Both the position numbers and the translations under genes were made by a program. The notes below the pieces were generated by a model that worked only from the letters and a program-made list of their open reading frames with translations, was not told the DNA's origin and did not search any database. Of a DNA stretch of 50,472 nt, positions 9,889 to 19,039 are shown one piece after another. The stretch spans positions 1-50,472 of the forward strand of contig JACPMG010000019.1 of assembly GCA_016186095.1 (NCBI GenBank), given 5' to 3'. Each line of letters starts with the position of its first letter. The first letter of the stretch is position 1. The DNA comes from Candidatus Sungiibacteriota bacterium. Lineage in GTDB: Bacteria; Patescibacteriota; Minisyncoccia; Sungbacterales; HO2-52-23.

Positions 9889-10941
9889 TTATGCAGGTGC
9901 TTTTTCGAAACTCGTGCTAACCAAAACTTCCCGCAACGAATCGATATCCTCCAGAATTATTCCCGTACCGCGCACTACTGCCGTCAAGGGATCTTCCGCA
10001 ACCTTGGCCGGAATTTTTGTCTCCTCGCTAATCAGATGGTCAAGTCCGCGCAGAAGCGACCCGCCGCCGACGAGCATTATGCCACGATGCATAATATCGG
10101 CGACCAGCTCCGGCGGAGTCTCCTCAACCGTAGCTTTTATCGCATTCACCAAGACATTAATCGAGTGACGAAGCGCGCGGCGGATATCAGCATCATCTAC
10201 CACAACTTCCTTAGGAAGTCCAGTCACTAAATCTCTTCCTCTCATAGTAGCCTCCATCAGATCCGGAAGCTCATAAGCCGACCCTATGGCGATTTTGATG
10301 TCCTCGGCGGTGCGCTCGCCGATCAAAAGCTTAAATTCATCACGCGCGAAGCGGATAATGTCATCATTGAATTTATCCCCCGCTACTTTAAGGGCGCGGG
10401 AGACCACTATACCGCCAAGAGAAATCACCGCAATATCCGTTGTGCCGCCGCCGATATCAACCACCATGGAGCCCACGGCCTCCTGCACGGGCAAACGTAT
10501 ACCAATAGCCGCGGCCATGGGCTGTTCCACCAGGTATACCTCCCGCGCTCCTGCGTTTTTGGCGGCATCCTCGACGGCGCGTTTCTCAACTTCCGTGACA
10601 CCCGACGGAATACCAATTACCACTCGCGGCCGCGCAAAAAGCGAAAAAGTTTCTTCGTGTACCTTTCTGATAAAGTATTTCAGCATCTCCTCGGTAACTT
10701 CAAAATCCGATACCACGCCGCCTACCAGCGGTCTTACGGCGGTAATATAAGCAGGGGTACGCCCGACCATTCTTTTAGCCTCCGCGCCTATGGCCACGAG
10801 CTGCCCGGTCTTTTGGTTTACCGCCACCACCGAAGGCTCATTAATCACAATGCCTCGTCCGCGCACATAGACGAGCGTGATGGCCGTCCCAAGATCAATC
10901 CCTACATCTTGAGAAAAATAAGCGAAGACTTTATTAAACAT
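9889..10941 (-). CDS. mreB: Rod shape-determining protein MreB
   Basis: [27 protein letters not shown] actin-fold motifs. Confidence 0.97.
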   Translation of the reverse strand: MFNKVFAYFSQDVGIDLGTAITLVYVRGRGIVINEPSVVAVNQKTGQLVAIGAEAKRMVGRTPAYITAVRPLVGGVVSDFEVTEEMLKYFIRKVHEETFSLFARPRVVIGIPSGVTEVEKRAVEDAAKNAGAREVYLVEQPMAAAIGIRLPVQEAVGSMVVDIGGGTTDIAVISLGGIVVSRALKVAGDKFNDDIIRFARDEFKLLIGERTAEDIKIAIGSAYELPDLMEATMRGRDLVTGLPKEVVVDDADIRRALRHSINVLVNAIKATVEETPPELVADIMHRGIMLVGGGSLLRGLDHLISEETKIPAKVAEDPLTAVVRGTGIILEDIDSLREVLVSTSFEKAPA

Positions 10942-10944
10942 GGG

Positions 10945-12225
10945 CTATATTACTCGTTTCAACAGTTCTTTTTCGGATATTATCTTTCCCTCCTTTTCCG
11001 ATCTTTTTTTCACTTCAATTCCGCGCGCCGCTATGGTTTTCTCTGAAACCACCGCCCTCCAGGGGGCCCCTATTAAATCCGCATCGGCAAATTTCTCGCC
11101 CGCTGATTTGTCATCGCGATCATCGTACAGGACCTCCACCCCTTTGGCAAGAAGAATTTTATAGAACTTTTCCCCGCCCACAGCAGTGGGCGAGGCTCGC
11201 CCAGCTTTGCTGGGCGGCGCTTTCTTTCCGCCATCAAGGACAATCAAGTGAACCTTAAACGGCGCCGTTGATTCCGGCCACATAATTCCCAGGCCATTGC
11301 TGTGTATTTCCACAACTGTCGCCATCAGGCGGCCAAGGCCGATACCATAGCTTCCCATAACTACTGGCTTCTTTACGCCCTTCTCATCAGAGTACAGAAG
11401 TCCCATGGGAATCGAGTATTTCGTACCAAGTTTGAAAATGTTGCCCACCTCAATGCTTTTGGCCGACTTAACCATCTCTTTACATTTTGGGCACGCATCG
11501 CCCTCCTTCATTGATGAGATTTCCCTGTTTTGGGCGTAGCGGCATTTGGAACAGTAAAATATTATATCTTCTCCTGCTTCACTAAACACCTGATATTCAT
11601 GCGTAAATTCTTTGGTAAATGCGCCTCCAGATGCTTCGGCAACATAGGCGTCAAGATCACAACGTTTGAAAATTTTTTTATAGGCCCCGTCAACAATTCG
11701 GTAAAACCGATCCAGATCTTTTTCATCTCGGTGAAAACTGTACATATCCTTCATCAAAAACTCCCGACCGCGTATCAGGCCGGATTTGGCGCGCAACTCG
11801 TCCCGGAATTTATTTTGAAATTGATAGACGTATAAAGGCAAGTCTTTATAGGACTGAATTGATCGCAACGCAATTTCTGCAAGCGCTTCTTCGTGAGTCA
11901 TGGCAAGACCAACCTCCCGACCAGAATGATCCTTAAACTGATACATAGGCTCTCGGCCAAGCTCCTCCCACCGACCTGTTTTCTCCCAACGCTCTTTGGG
12001 CTGCAATGATGTGAGCAAAAGTTCCTGGCCACCGACACTATTCATTTCTTCCCGTACAATGGCGCGTATTTTCTCAAGCACCTTCAGCCCCAACGGCAAG
12101 TAATCGTAAACCCCGGCCATAGTTTTATAGATAAAACCACCTCGCTCCAGAAGCTTGGCATTTACGGCCACCTCGTCTTTGGGCGCCTCACGCAATGTTT
12201 TTCCAAAAAGTTGAGATTGACGCAT
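10945..12225 (-). CDS. proS: Proline--tRNA ligase (short form lacking the editing domain)
   Basis: MRQSQLF start, THEE, KFRDELR...GLIRGREFLMKD, GSYGIG, GEKFADADLIG. Confidence 0.96.
   Translation of the reverse strand: MRQSQLFGKTLREAPKDEVAVNAKLLERGGFIYKTMAGVYDYLPLGLKVLEKIRAIVREEMNSVGGQELLLTSLQPKERWEKTGRWEELGREPMYQFKDHSGREVGLAMTHEEALAEIALRSIQSYKDLPLYVYQFQNKFRDELRAKSGLIRGREFLMKDMYSFHRDEKDLDRFYRIVDGAYKKIFKRCDLDAYVAEASGGAFTKEFTHEYQVFSEAGEDIIFYCSKCRYAQNREISSMKEGDACPKCKEMVKSAKSIEVGNIFKLGTKYSIPMGLLYSDEKGVKKPVVMGSYGIGLGRLMATVVEIHSNGLGIMWPESTAPFKVHLIVLDGGKKAPPSKAGRASPTAVGGEKFYKILLAKGVEVLYDDRDDKSAGEKFADADLIGAPWRAVVSEKTIAARGIEVKKRSEKEGKIISEKELLKRVI
11175..11216. repeat. Double-hairpin palindromic insert in proS (PPSKAGRASPTAVGG)
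   Basis: CGCCCAC-AGCA-GTGGGCG, linker AGGCT, CGCCCAGC-TTT-GCTGGGCG; same architecture as the serS insert at 3026-3064. Confidence 0.8.
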
Positions 12226-12323
12226 AAGACAATTGTATAAGAAATGATTTAAGCTGTGTACTTGACTATATAAATATGCTATGATCTATTATGCTGAGCT
12301 ACCGAGGATACGGGTTTCCTGAG

Positions 12324-12332
12324 ATTATAGCA
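12324..12332 (-). promoter_or_regulatory. Extended -10 promoter element upstream of proS
   Basis: TGCTATAAT on the minus strand in the intergenic region. Confidence 0.5.
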
Positions 12333-12386
12333 CAAAACGGCCACCATCAGCCGTTTCTTTAATTTAACTCCGATTCAAATATGCCA

Positions 12387-12623
12387 CTATTTCATCGCAA
12401 ACAAGTCTTCCATGCGCTTCATTCGTTTCTTCAAATCTTGAATCTCAAAAGTGTGCTGCTTCAGAATTAATTTCTCAATATTATCTACTTTTTCCTCGAC
12501 TCTTCCTAACCGCTCTCCTATTCTTCCTAGTTGTTCATCAACGTCCTTCTTCTTGGCGGTCCCGTCAAACCCACTTTTTACCATAACCGCCAAGTCGTCA
12601 ATTGTAATATCTTTCCTTGCCAT
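12387..12623 (-). CDS. Small coiled-coil hypothetical protein
   Basis: 78-aa ORF, ITIDDLAVMVKSGFD followed by heptad repeats; co-oriented with gap. Confidence 0.75.
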   Translation of the reverse strand: MARKDITIDDLAVMVKSGFDGTAKKKDVDEQLGRIGERLGRVEEKVDNIEKLILKQHTFEIQDLKKRMKRMEDLFAMK

Positions 12624-12641
12624 AGTTTGAACATATACCTC

Positions 12642-13652
12642 CTACAAGTTTCCCGCAATTCTCCTCACATGCTCCACCAATGTCGCCGTATATCCGGCCT
12701 CGTTATCGTACCAGGAATATACCGTGACCAAATCTCCGTCAACCACTTTGGTGAGAGATAGGTCCACAATGGCGCCGTAGGGTTCTCCCAAAATATCGGC
12801 AGATACAATCGGGTCTTCAGTTACTTTCAAAACCCTTGACCAGCGCGGCATCTGGCTTGCTTTGTGGAAAACATCGTTTACGGCCTCAGGGTTTGTCTTC
12901 TTCCCCGTAAGCACGGTATTTACGCTCAAAGAGCCGGAAATCGTCGGCACCCGCACGGACACGGCGTCAAAAAGGCCTTTGAGTTCCGGAATGGACTGGA
13001 TTACCGCTTCTGCCGCTCCCGTGGTGGATGGCACGATATTTACCGCCGCCGCGCGGCCCCTACGCGGGTCTTTCTCTTCCGGCCCGTCAACCAACTTTTG
13101 GGTCGCGGTATAACCATGCACCGTGACCATCTGCGCTTTTTTAACGCCAAAATTTTCGAGAAGCACGGCCATAACCGGCGCCACGGAATTGGTGGTACAG
13201 GAGGCATTGCAAGTGATAGGTCCTGCTTTTTCAAAACGATCGTCATTTACGCCGATAAGCGCGGTTGTAACGTCGCCTTTGGCAGGCGCAGTGATCACTA
13301 CCCTCTTCGCACCGGCATCCAGATGCGCCTTGGACTTATCATAAGAAGCAAACAGGCCGGTAGCTTCCACTACTAAATCTATACCTAGTTCTTTCCAGGG
13401 AAGTTTAGCCGGATCCTTCTCGGAAGAAACTTCGACTTTTTCGCCCTCGACTTTAAAATGTCCCTCCCCAGCTACGACTTCTTTTTTATACCGACCGTAT
13501 ACCGAATCGTATTTGAGGAGATATACGAGAGTTTTGACGTCGGCAAGATCATTCACGGCAACAATATCAAATCCTGGCATTCCGAATGCCCCTCGAAAGA
13601 AGGAACGTCCGATCCTGCCGAATCCATTAATTGCAATTTTTACAGATTTCAT
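12642..13652 (-). CDS. gap: Glyceraldehyde-3-phosphate dehydrogenase (type I)
   Basis: INGFGRIGR, NASCTTN, WYDNE motifs. Confidence 0.98.
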   Translation of the reverse strand: MKSVKIAINGFGRIGRSFFRGAFGMPGFDIVAVNDLADVKTLVYLLKYDSVYGRYKKEVVAGEGHFKVEGEKVEVSSEKDPAKLPWKELGIDLVVEATGLFASYDKSKAHLDAGAKRVVITAPAKGDVTTALIGVNDDRFEKAGPITCNASCTTNSVAPVMAVLLENFGVKKAQMVTVHGYTATQKLVDGPEEKDPRRGRAAAVNIVPSTTGAAEAVIQSIPELKGLFDAVSVRVPTISGSLSVNTVLTGKKTNPEAVNDVFHKASQMPRWSRVLKVTEDPIVSADILGEPYGAIVDLSLTKVVDGDLVTVYSWYDNEAGYTATLVEHVRRIAGNL

Positions 13653-13691
13653 ATACTCTTCAAGTATAACACCATTACAAGAGGCGAGTAA

Positions 13692-13901
13692 ATGCGCGCC
13701 CTACTACGGCTCCTGACGACTTCTCTTGTTATCAGCTCGGTTCTGGCGCTTCTTTTTACTTTCTCCGGAATGCCGGTCTTTTCGACACACGAATTAGCCA
13801 TCTGGCAAATCTTTTTATATCATTTCGGAAGTTTTATTTCCATATCCTTCCTTCTTGCTTCTTTATTTATGCTCAAGAAAAAATTTGAAAGGATGGGATA
13901 G
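13692..13901 (+). CDS. Small two-TM membrane protein
   Basis: 69-aa hydrophobic ORF filling the gap between gap and gdhA. Confidence 0.5.
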   Translation: MRALLRLLTTSLVISSVLALLFTFSGMPVFSTHELAIWQIFLYHFGSFISISFLLASLFMLKKKFERMG

Positions 13902-13932
13902 AAAGTTTAAATACCGCGATTACGCGGTTTTC

Positions 13933-15186
13933 TTATAATTTAGTGGCCGCTTTCGCCACTCTTTCCATCGCACGTACAAAAGAAGCTGTTCGCCAAGAGA
14001 TATTGTATTTGTTCTTAATCTCCAACACCGTCTGAAATGCTCTTACCAGCTGCTCATCAATTTTCTTTAATACATCTCCCTCGCCCCAATATTTCTGTTC
14101 CAAAGACTGCAGCCATTCAAAATACGATCCTACCACTCCTCCACCGTTCGCCAGAATATCGGGAATTATTTCCACGCCCCGCCCTACCAACATCTTCTCC
14201 GCCTCTGATACGGTGGGCCCGTTAGCCATTTCCAAAATCACTTTGGCCTTTATTCTTTCGGTATTAGCCTCGTTGATAACATTCTCCAGCGCTGCCGGGA
14301 TTAAAATATCGACTGACAGTTCCAATAACTCCTCATTGGTAAATTGTTTGCAGGTCTCTCCGTGAGAAGACACTGCATAACAACGAGGGCGCTCGATAAT
14401 GCCAGTTTTTTCTTTAACATCCAGAACTTTCGGTATATCAATTCCATCTTCCTCATACAGCGCGCCCTTGGAATCGGAGATAGCGACGACTCTAAACCCA
14501 TTGTCAAAAAGAAGTTTAGCTATATTTGAACCGACATTGCCAAAACCCTGTATCGCCACCTCTGGTGGCGAATTTCTAATTTCTAATTTCGAATTTCTAA
14601 ACTTAAGGAATTCACGAAGAATAACGAAACCGCCAAAACCCGTGGCGACTTCACGGCCGCGAGACCCGCCCTTCTCAACGGATTTCCCCGTGAATGCGGA
14701 CGGCTCCCAGTGACCAACAAGTTTTGAGTACTCATCTGTCATCCAATCCATTATCTGAGAATTAGTACCTACGTCCGGCGCCGGAACATCTTTTTGCGGG
14801 CCGATTTCCTGCCAAATCGCGCGAACATACCCTCGCGACAACTCTTCAAGCTCGCCTGCGCTCAACGCACGCGCATCAACTTTTACAGCACCCTTAGCAC
14901 CACCATAAGGCAACCCCATTAGTGATGTTTTCCAGGTCATTAAAGAGGCAAGCGCTTTTACTTCATCTAAGTTGGAGTCCGGGTGGAAACGAATACCGCC
15001 CTTGTAGAGCCCCAGTGCGTTATTGTGCTGAACACGCCAGGCCTGAAATTTTTTTGATCCTACCTGAATTTTAAATTCCAGAATTTTATCCGGTTTTTGC
15101 AGGCGCGCTAAAACATCACCTGGGACTTGAGCGATTCGCGCGGCCTCCTCAACTAGTTTTTGCGTATTTTCGAAAAAGGTTGACAT
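13933..15186 (-). CDS. gdhA: Glu/Leu/Phe/Val family (glutamate) dehydrogenase
   Basis: KGGIRFHP, GGAKG, DVPAPDVGT, QGFGNVG, EMANGP, PDILANGGGV. Confidence 0.93.
   Translation of the reverse strand: MSTFFENTQKLVEEAARIAQVPGDVLARLQKPDKILEFKIQVGSKKFQAWRVQHNNALGLYKGGIRFHPDSNLDEVKALASLMTWKTSLMGLPYGGAKGAVKVDARALSAGELEELSRGYVRAIWQEIGPQKDVPAPDVGTNSQIMDWMTDEYSKLVGHWEPSAFTGKSVEKGGSRGREVATGFGGFVILREFLKFRNSKLEIRNSPPEVAIQGFGNVGSNIAKLLFDNGFRVVAISDSKGALYEEDGIDIPKVLDVKEKTGIIERPRCYAVSSHGETCKQFTNEELLELSVDILIPAALENVINEANTERIKAKVILEMANGPTVSEAEKMLVGRGVEIIPDILANGGGVVGSYFEWLQSLEQKYWGEGDVLKKIDEQLVRAFQTVLEIKNKYNISWRTASFVRAMERVAKAATKL
14553..14598. repeat. Hairpin plus heptamer array inside gdhA (RNSKLEIRNSPPEVA)
   Basis: TCGCCACC-TCT-GGTGGCGA adjacent to (AATTTCK)x4. 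Confidence 0.75.
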
Positions 15187-15239
15187 TTAACAGTTATAAA
15201 ATCATCATAATAGTTATAAAGGGCGGGGGGGAGACGACA

Positions 15240-15545
15240 ATGCTGGATTGGTTACTGAATTATACGGAGATTTTCTGGTGGAAGATACTAACATTACTAT
15301 TATACTTGCTTTTCACTGTCGCCTTCCTATACGGCCTGTGGGCCTTTAAAAAACAAGACGCGCGTTTATATCCCAAAGATGGAAAAAAGATCTCTAAGAA
15401 TAAAACCAGACGACTCCTCAAAACGGTGGGGATAAAAATGAGAGAATCGCCTAGACAACCCCACCCTGACGGGAAACTACTTTCCAGAGAAGAAAATAGA
15501 AAATTTCTCAAAAAAATAGGCTTACCGGGAAACGGCCAGAGATAA
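15240..15545 (+). CDS. Hypothetical single-TM protein
   Basis: ATG at 15240 after a G-rich stretch; N-terminal hydrophobic segment and basic C-terminus. Confidence 0.5.
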   Translation: MLDWLLNYTEIFWWKILTLLLYLLFTVAFLYGLWAFKKQDARLYPKDGKKISKNKTRRLLKTVGIKMRESPRQPHPDGKLLSREENRKFLKKIGLPGNGQR

Positions 15546-15579
15546 ATTTGCCGCAAACTTTACGAAAAGGTTGCGGTTT

Positions 15580-16551
15580 TTACTTCTCCGTCGCGGGTGA
15601 TTGTTTTTCCCGTTTCAATAAATACGCATACGCCGCCAAGGCCGCTTTTACCGCGTCTCCGGCCGATACGTTGTTTTGCTTGTACGGATCATCAGTTATG
15701 TCCCCCGCGGCAAAAATACCCGGATGAGAGGTAGAGGCGTGCTTGGAATCAATCACCACCTGCCCCCATTTATCAAGATCCACCAAGCCCTTGACTATCT
15801 CGGAATTCGGCACCGACCCTATTTCTACAAAAACCCCGTCAAGACCCAATGTTTTTTCTTCGCCGGTTTTGATATTTTTATACTTCAAGCCTGTCACAAA
15901 TTTGTCGCCGAAAATCTCAAGAGTTTCGGAATTTAAAATAATTTCCTTAAGCTTAGGGTTCTTTTTTATCTCTTCCTGCTCTACCGGATCTCCTTTAAGA
16001 ACATCGCCCCGGTGAATTAAATATACCTCGCTCGCGTACGGAAAAAGGTCCTGTACTGCCTCAAGCCCAGCGTTTCCTCCTCCAACCACCGCAACTTTTT
16101 TTCCGGCAAAAAGCGGAGCATCGCAGGTTGAGCAATAGGCCACCCCCTTCCCGTTTAATTTATCTTCCCCCGAAACCCCCAACTTTCTCCGCCGCGCTCC
16201 TGCGGCAAGAATAATTGATTTCCCTTCGTAACTGTTCCCCTTATCGGTTTTTACTTCAAAGTCGCAAATTCTCGTACCCTGCTCGCATTTAATTGAGCGC
16301 GCTTCAACCGCTTTTTCTTCCTTTATATCCACCATCTCCGGATAGGAGCGCGCGTGCTCCTCAAATTTTTTAGCCAAATCAAAACCGGAGATATGCGGCT
16401 CCCCGATCCAATTTTGAATATCATCGGATACTATAGATTGCCCCCCGAACGATTCGGTGATAAGCAATGTTTTTAACTTTTTACGGGCGGTATAGACCGC
16501 GGCCGAAGCGCCAGCCGGTCCGCCGCCGATTATTATGACATCATATAGCAT
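15580..16551 (-). CDS. trxB: Thioredoxin reductase / AhpF-like disulfide reductase
   Basis: GGGPAG, CSTCD redox motif, GGGNAG, GIFAAGD; start moved to MLYDV. Confidence 0.9.
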   Translation of the reverse strand: MLYDVIIIGGGPAGASAAVYTARKKLKTLLITESFGGQSIVSDDIQNWIGEPHISGFDLAKKFEEHARSYPEMVDIKEEKAVEARSIKCEQGTRICDFEVKTDKGNSYEGKSIILAAGARRRKLGVSGEDKLNGKGVAYCSTCDAPLFAGKKVAVVGGGNAGLEAVQDLFPYASEVYLIHRGDVLKGDPVEQEEIKKNPKLKEIILNSETLEIFGDKFVTGLKYKNIKTGEEKTLGLDGVFVEIGSVPNSEIVKGLVDLDKWGQVVIDSKHASTSHPGIFAAGDITDDPYKQNNVSAGDAVKAALAAYAYLLKREKQSPATEK

Positions 16552-16565
16552 ATGCAACACACGTA

Positions 16566-16645
16566 TCCACAAATGATTACACTAATCCACCAATCACGAA
16601 TATACTATTCGTGGATTTGTGTGCAAATTCGTAGATTAGTGTACA
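16566..16645. repeat. Intergenic palindromic array of degenerate ACNAAT/ATTNGT units
   Basis: TTACACTAATCCAC(C/G)AATCACGAATAT matches 47373-47399 at 26/27 positions; second half is inverted. Confidence 0.75.
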
Positions 16646-16649
16646 TCAA

Positions 16650-17210
16650 TCAAGGCACAAACTCCGGTCCTTTATTTCTATAAGCCCTTATAAACTTGTC
16701 TACCCTCTCATCCGAGTACTCGGCTACGGAAAATTTATCCAAGCGATTCCAAGCAACAAGCGCAATATCCGCATCGTTTTTGGCCCGCGGCTCCACAATA
16801 ATTTTGCGTCCGTATTTGTCATAGAAGCTTTCCAGCTTTTTGCGAACTTCTTCCGAGATATCCGGTTTGTAAGAAATCCAGATCCCGCCATGCTCCAAAT
16901 TATGGATCAAGTTTTCATCATTAAGCTCTTCCTTATACACTCCCCACTCCGCGACCTGCGGACTATGCCATCCGGAAGTTGGAGGATTGGAATTATACGT
17001 ATGCGCATGCCCGGGGCCTACATGCTCCCTGCCCTGATCAGGAATTAACTGCCCCGGCAGATCTCTGTTGCGCCAACTGCTCCAGCTGATTAGGACGTAC
17101 GCCAAAACGGCAAGGAGTAATAAAACACCCACTGTCCAAAAAATAGTTTTTAATTTTCTCCTGCGGGCCGCTAAATCGCTACGCAGTTTTTTAAATTCGG
17201 CGTTAGCCAT
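16650..17210 (-). CDS. DUF3105-type membrane-anchored protein
   Basis: YNSNPPTSGWH and HNLEHGGIWISY motifs, ALVAW; N-terminal TM. Confidence 0.85.
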   Translation of the reverse strand: MANAEFKKLRSDLAARRRKLKTIFWTVGVLLLLAVLAYVLISWSSWRNRDLPGQLIPDQGREHVGPGHAHTYNSNPPTSGWHSPQVAEWGVYKEELNDENLIHNLEHGGIWISYKPDISEEVRKKLESFYDKYGRKIIVEPRAKNDADIALVAWNRLDKFSVAEYSDERVDKFIRAYRNKGPEFVP

Positions 17211-17237
17211 TCGTTTAGTATATCATCTATCCCCGCT

Positions 17238-18197
17238 TCAGGCAATCAGTCGCTTTAACTCCTCCACCATCGGTACCTCCTCCGGATCCGTGCCGTAGTG
17301 CTTGGCGGTATAGTACGCCGCCCAATCGGCCAGAGAAATTGCGGAGAAAATTTTATGCAGGCGGCTTTCGCCTTCAAGCTCTATGACCTCAACCGGCAGA
17401 CCGCGATCTTGATAAAGTTTTCCGGTTATCTCCATTCTCTTCAAAATCCGCGGGTGATCCTCGCTATCTTTCAAAAAAATGAAATAAAATTTCTCGGAAA
17501 GCGGCCGGGTAGCATCAACCACGTCAAAACTGTTCATCTCATTATGGTTGAGCTCCGGAAAGATATTATAATACGCGGGTATTTTCCCTGTTTCGTGAAA
17601 TCGCACGCGCCAATTTTTGGCAATGGCTTCGTTCCTGATTGAGGAATAAATAATAGGCACGTGGTTTCTTATTTTTTCCGCAAGGCGACGGCCCTCATTT
17701 TCATAATCTGCTGATCGCAATTCTCCGGCAAGCTTACGCGATTCTGAAAGATCGTCTTCTCTTCCCATAAGCTTAAGCGGTGCCCGGAACATATACCCCA
17801 CTGCGGAGCGCGGCTGAATCCCGGTATTGGGAATCCGCACGAAAGGGATATTATCGTTTTTGGCCATATCAAGAAGCTTTCCGCCAACGGAGACTGCGGC
17901 CAGCGGGGCTTTTTTTTCTTTAGCGACCTGGTACGCGTCAATTACTTCTTCCGTATTTCCCGAGTAGGAACTGGCGATAACCAACCGGTCGTCCTGAACC
18001 GATGGCAGGCCGTAATCCTGATGAATTAATAAATCAAGATCCGGATTTACGGCTGTGATAATATCAGCTGCCAAATGCGAGCCGCCCATTCCCACCACCA
18101 CAAACTTTTCAAACTTTTTCAAGCGCTCCTGATTTTCCACTTTCGGCTCGTACTCAAACTGCTTATTTAAATTTTTTATGGCTTCGTACATGGACAT
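17238..18197 (-). CDS. Bifunctional phosphoglucose/phosphomannose isomerase (SIS)
   Basis: GMGGS, SSYSGNTEE, QPR, PELNHNE motifs. Confidence 0.92.
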   Translation of the reverse strand: MSMYEAIKNLNKQFEYEPKVENQERLKKFEKFVVVGMGGSHLAADIITAVNPDLDLLIHQDYGLPSVQDDRLVIASSYSGNTEEVIDAYQVAKEKKAPLAAVSVGGKLLDMAKNDNIPFVRIPNTGIQPRSAVGYMFRAPLKLMGREDDLSESRKLAGELRSADYENEGRRLAEKIRNHVPIIYSSIRNEAIAKNWRVRFHETGKIPAYYNIFPELNHNEMNSFDVVDATRPLSEKFYFIFLKDSEDHPRILKRMEITGKLYQDRGLPVEVIELEGESRLHKIFSAISLADWAAYYTAKHYGTDPEEVPMVEELKRLIA

Positions 18198-18240
18198 GAT
18201 AATTTTTATATTTTTTTCCCGAACCGCAACACTATTTATA

Positions 18241-18567
18241 TCAGATCAAACTCCTTATTTCTCTCAAAACCTCGGGCGGGATCGGATCGCGCGCGGGACT
18301 TCTGCCGGGGTAGCGCCAGGCGGTGATTATTTTTAACTTTTTCTCCCCTTGAATTTTTGCGAGCATATAAAGCGCCCATATTTCCGAATAACTTTTGCCG
18401 CCTGAGGGCTGCATGCATGCCACCGCTCCTTTAAAAATACCCTCCTCGACCCTCGCGGGATGCCGAACAATTCTTCGCACTCTTGATTCCGTAAGCCGGT
18501 AATAACGCATCTTATCCCGAGAGTGATGAGTCCATAAATATTTTTCCCTCTTCGGCATCATTCTCAT
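18241..18567 (-). CDS. Hypothetical basic protein, DUF4258-like
   Basis: WTHHSRDKM..RL.E..V..IVRHP and KIITAWR pattern. Confidence 0.6.
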   Translation of the reverse strand: MRMMPKREKYLWTHHSRDKMRYYRLTESRVRRIVRHPARVEEGIFKGAVACMQPSGGKSYSEIWALYMLAKIQGEKKLKIITAWRYPGRSPARDPIPPEVLREIRSLI

Positions 18568-18595
18568 ACTTCATATTACACGCTTCTACTTTCAG

Positions 18596-18633
18596 ATTCA
18601 AATCGGTCCGATGACCATCGGACCGATTTGAAT
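18596..18633. terminator. 18-bp perfect hairpin downstream of the 18649 gene
   Basis: ATTCAAATCGGTCCGATG-AC-CATCGGACCGATTTGAAT; terminator or palindromic repeat. Confidence 0.55.
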
Positions 18634-18648
18634 TGCTTTCCAAATGAA

Positions 18649-18897
18649 TTATTGTAATTCTTTCTCGATATCCCCTAATTCTACATCGAGCCCCTCGATA
18701 TCAATCGCCTGCAAATCTTGTTCAATCGCAGCCGTACTATCTAATCCCTCGGCTGTGTCTGAGGGCGCGGGCGTATAACCGTAGTAATAGTAGTAGACGG
18801 CAAAAAGCAGGGCTACTATAGCTACCACTGCTATTACTGCCCAAACCCAAGTTTTGCTCCTGGGCGCTGGAAGCATTTGAGGTTGATTGCCATTCAT
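18649..18897 (-). CDS. Small single-TM protein with acidic C-terminal helix
   Basis: TM segment then DSTAAIEQDLQAIDIEGLD; the MCG extension in the ORF track comes from the adjacent TIR element. Confidence 0.7.
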   Translation of the reverse strand: MNGNQPQMLPAPRSKTWVWAVIAVVAIVALLFAVYYYYYGYTPAPSDTAEGLDSTAAIEQDLQAIDIEGLDVELGDIEKELQ

Positions 18898-19027
18898 CCC
18901 ACACATAACTTGTACGGGGTATGTCGTTATGCTCTATTTTCACAGAACGACAGTTGCCGAACAAGTTAATTAAGTGAATTTATCTCCCACACAATTATAT
19001 TAGATTAGTACAAGTTATGTGCGGGAT
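18896..19027. mobile_element. Miniature TIR element (MITE-like) at a gene start
   Basis: TIR ATCCCACACATAACTTGTAC / GTACAAGTTATGTGCGGGAT (19/20); direct repeat ATTCAT at 18892-18897 and 19026-19031. Confidence 0.7.
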
Positions 19028-19039
19028 TCATATACACAA

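Noticed and set aside
18241-18567. Possible RelE/BrnT-like toxin
   Set aside because: No adjacent antitoxin-like gene and only a weak motif resemblance
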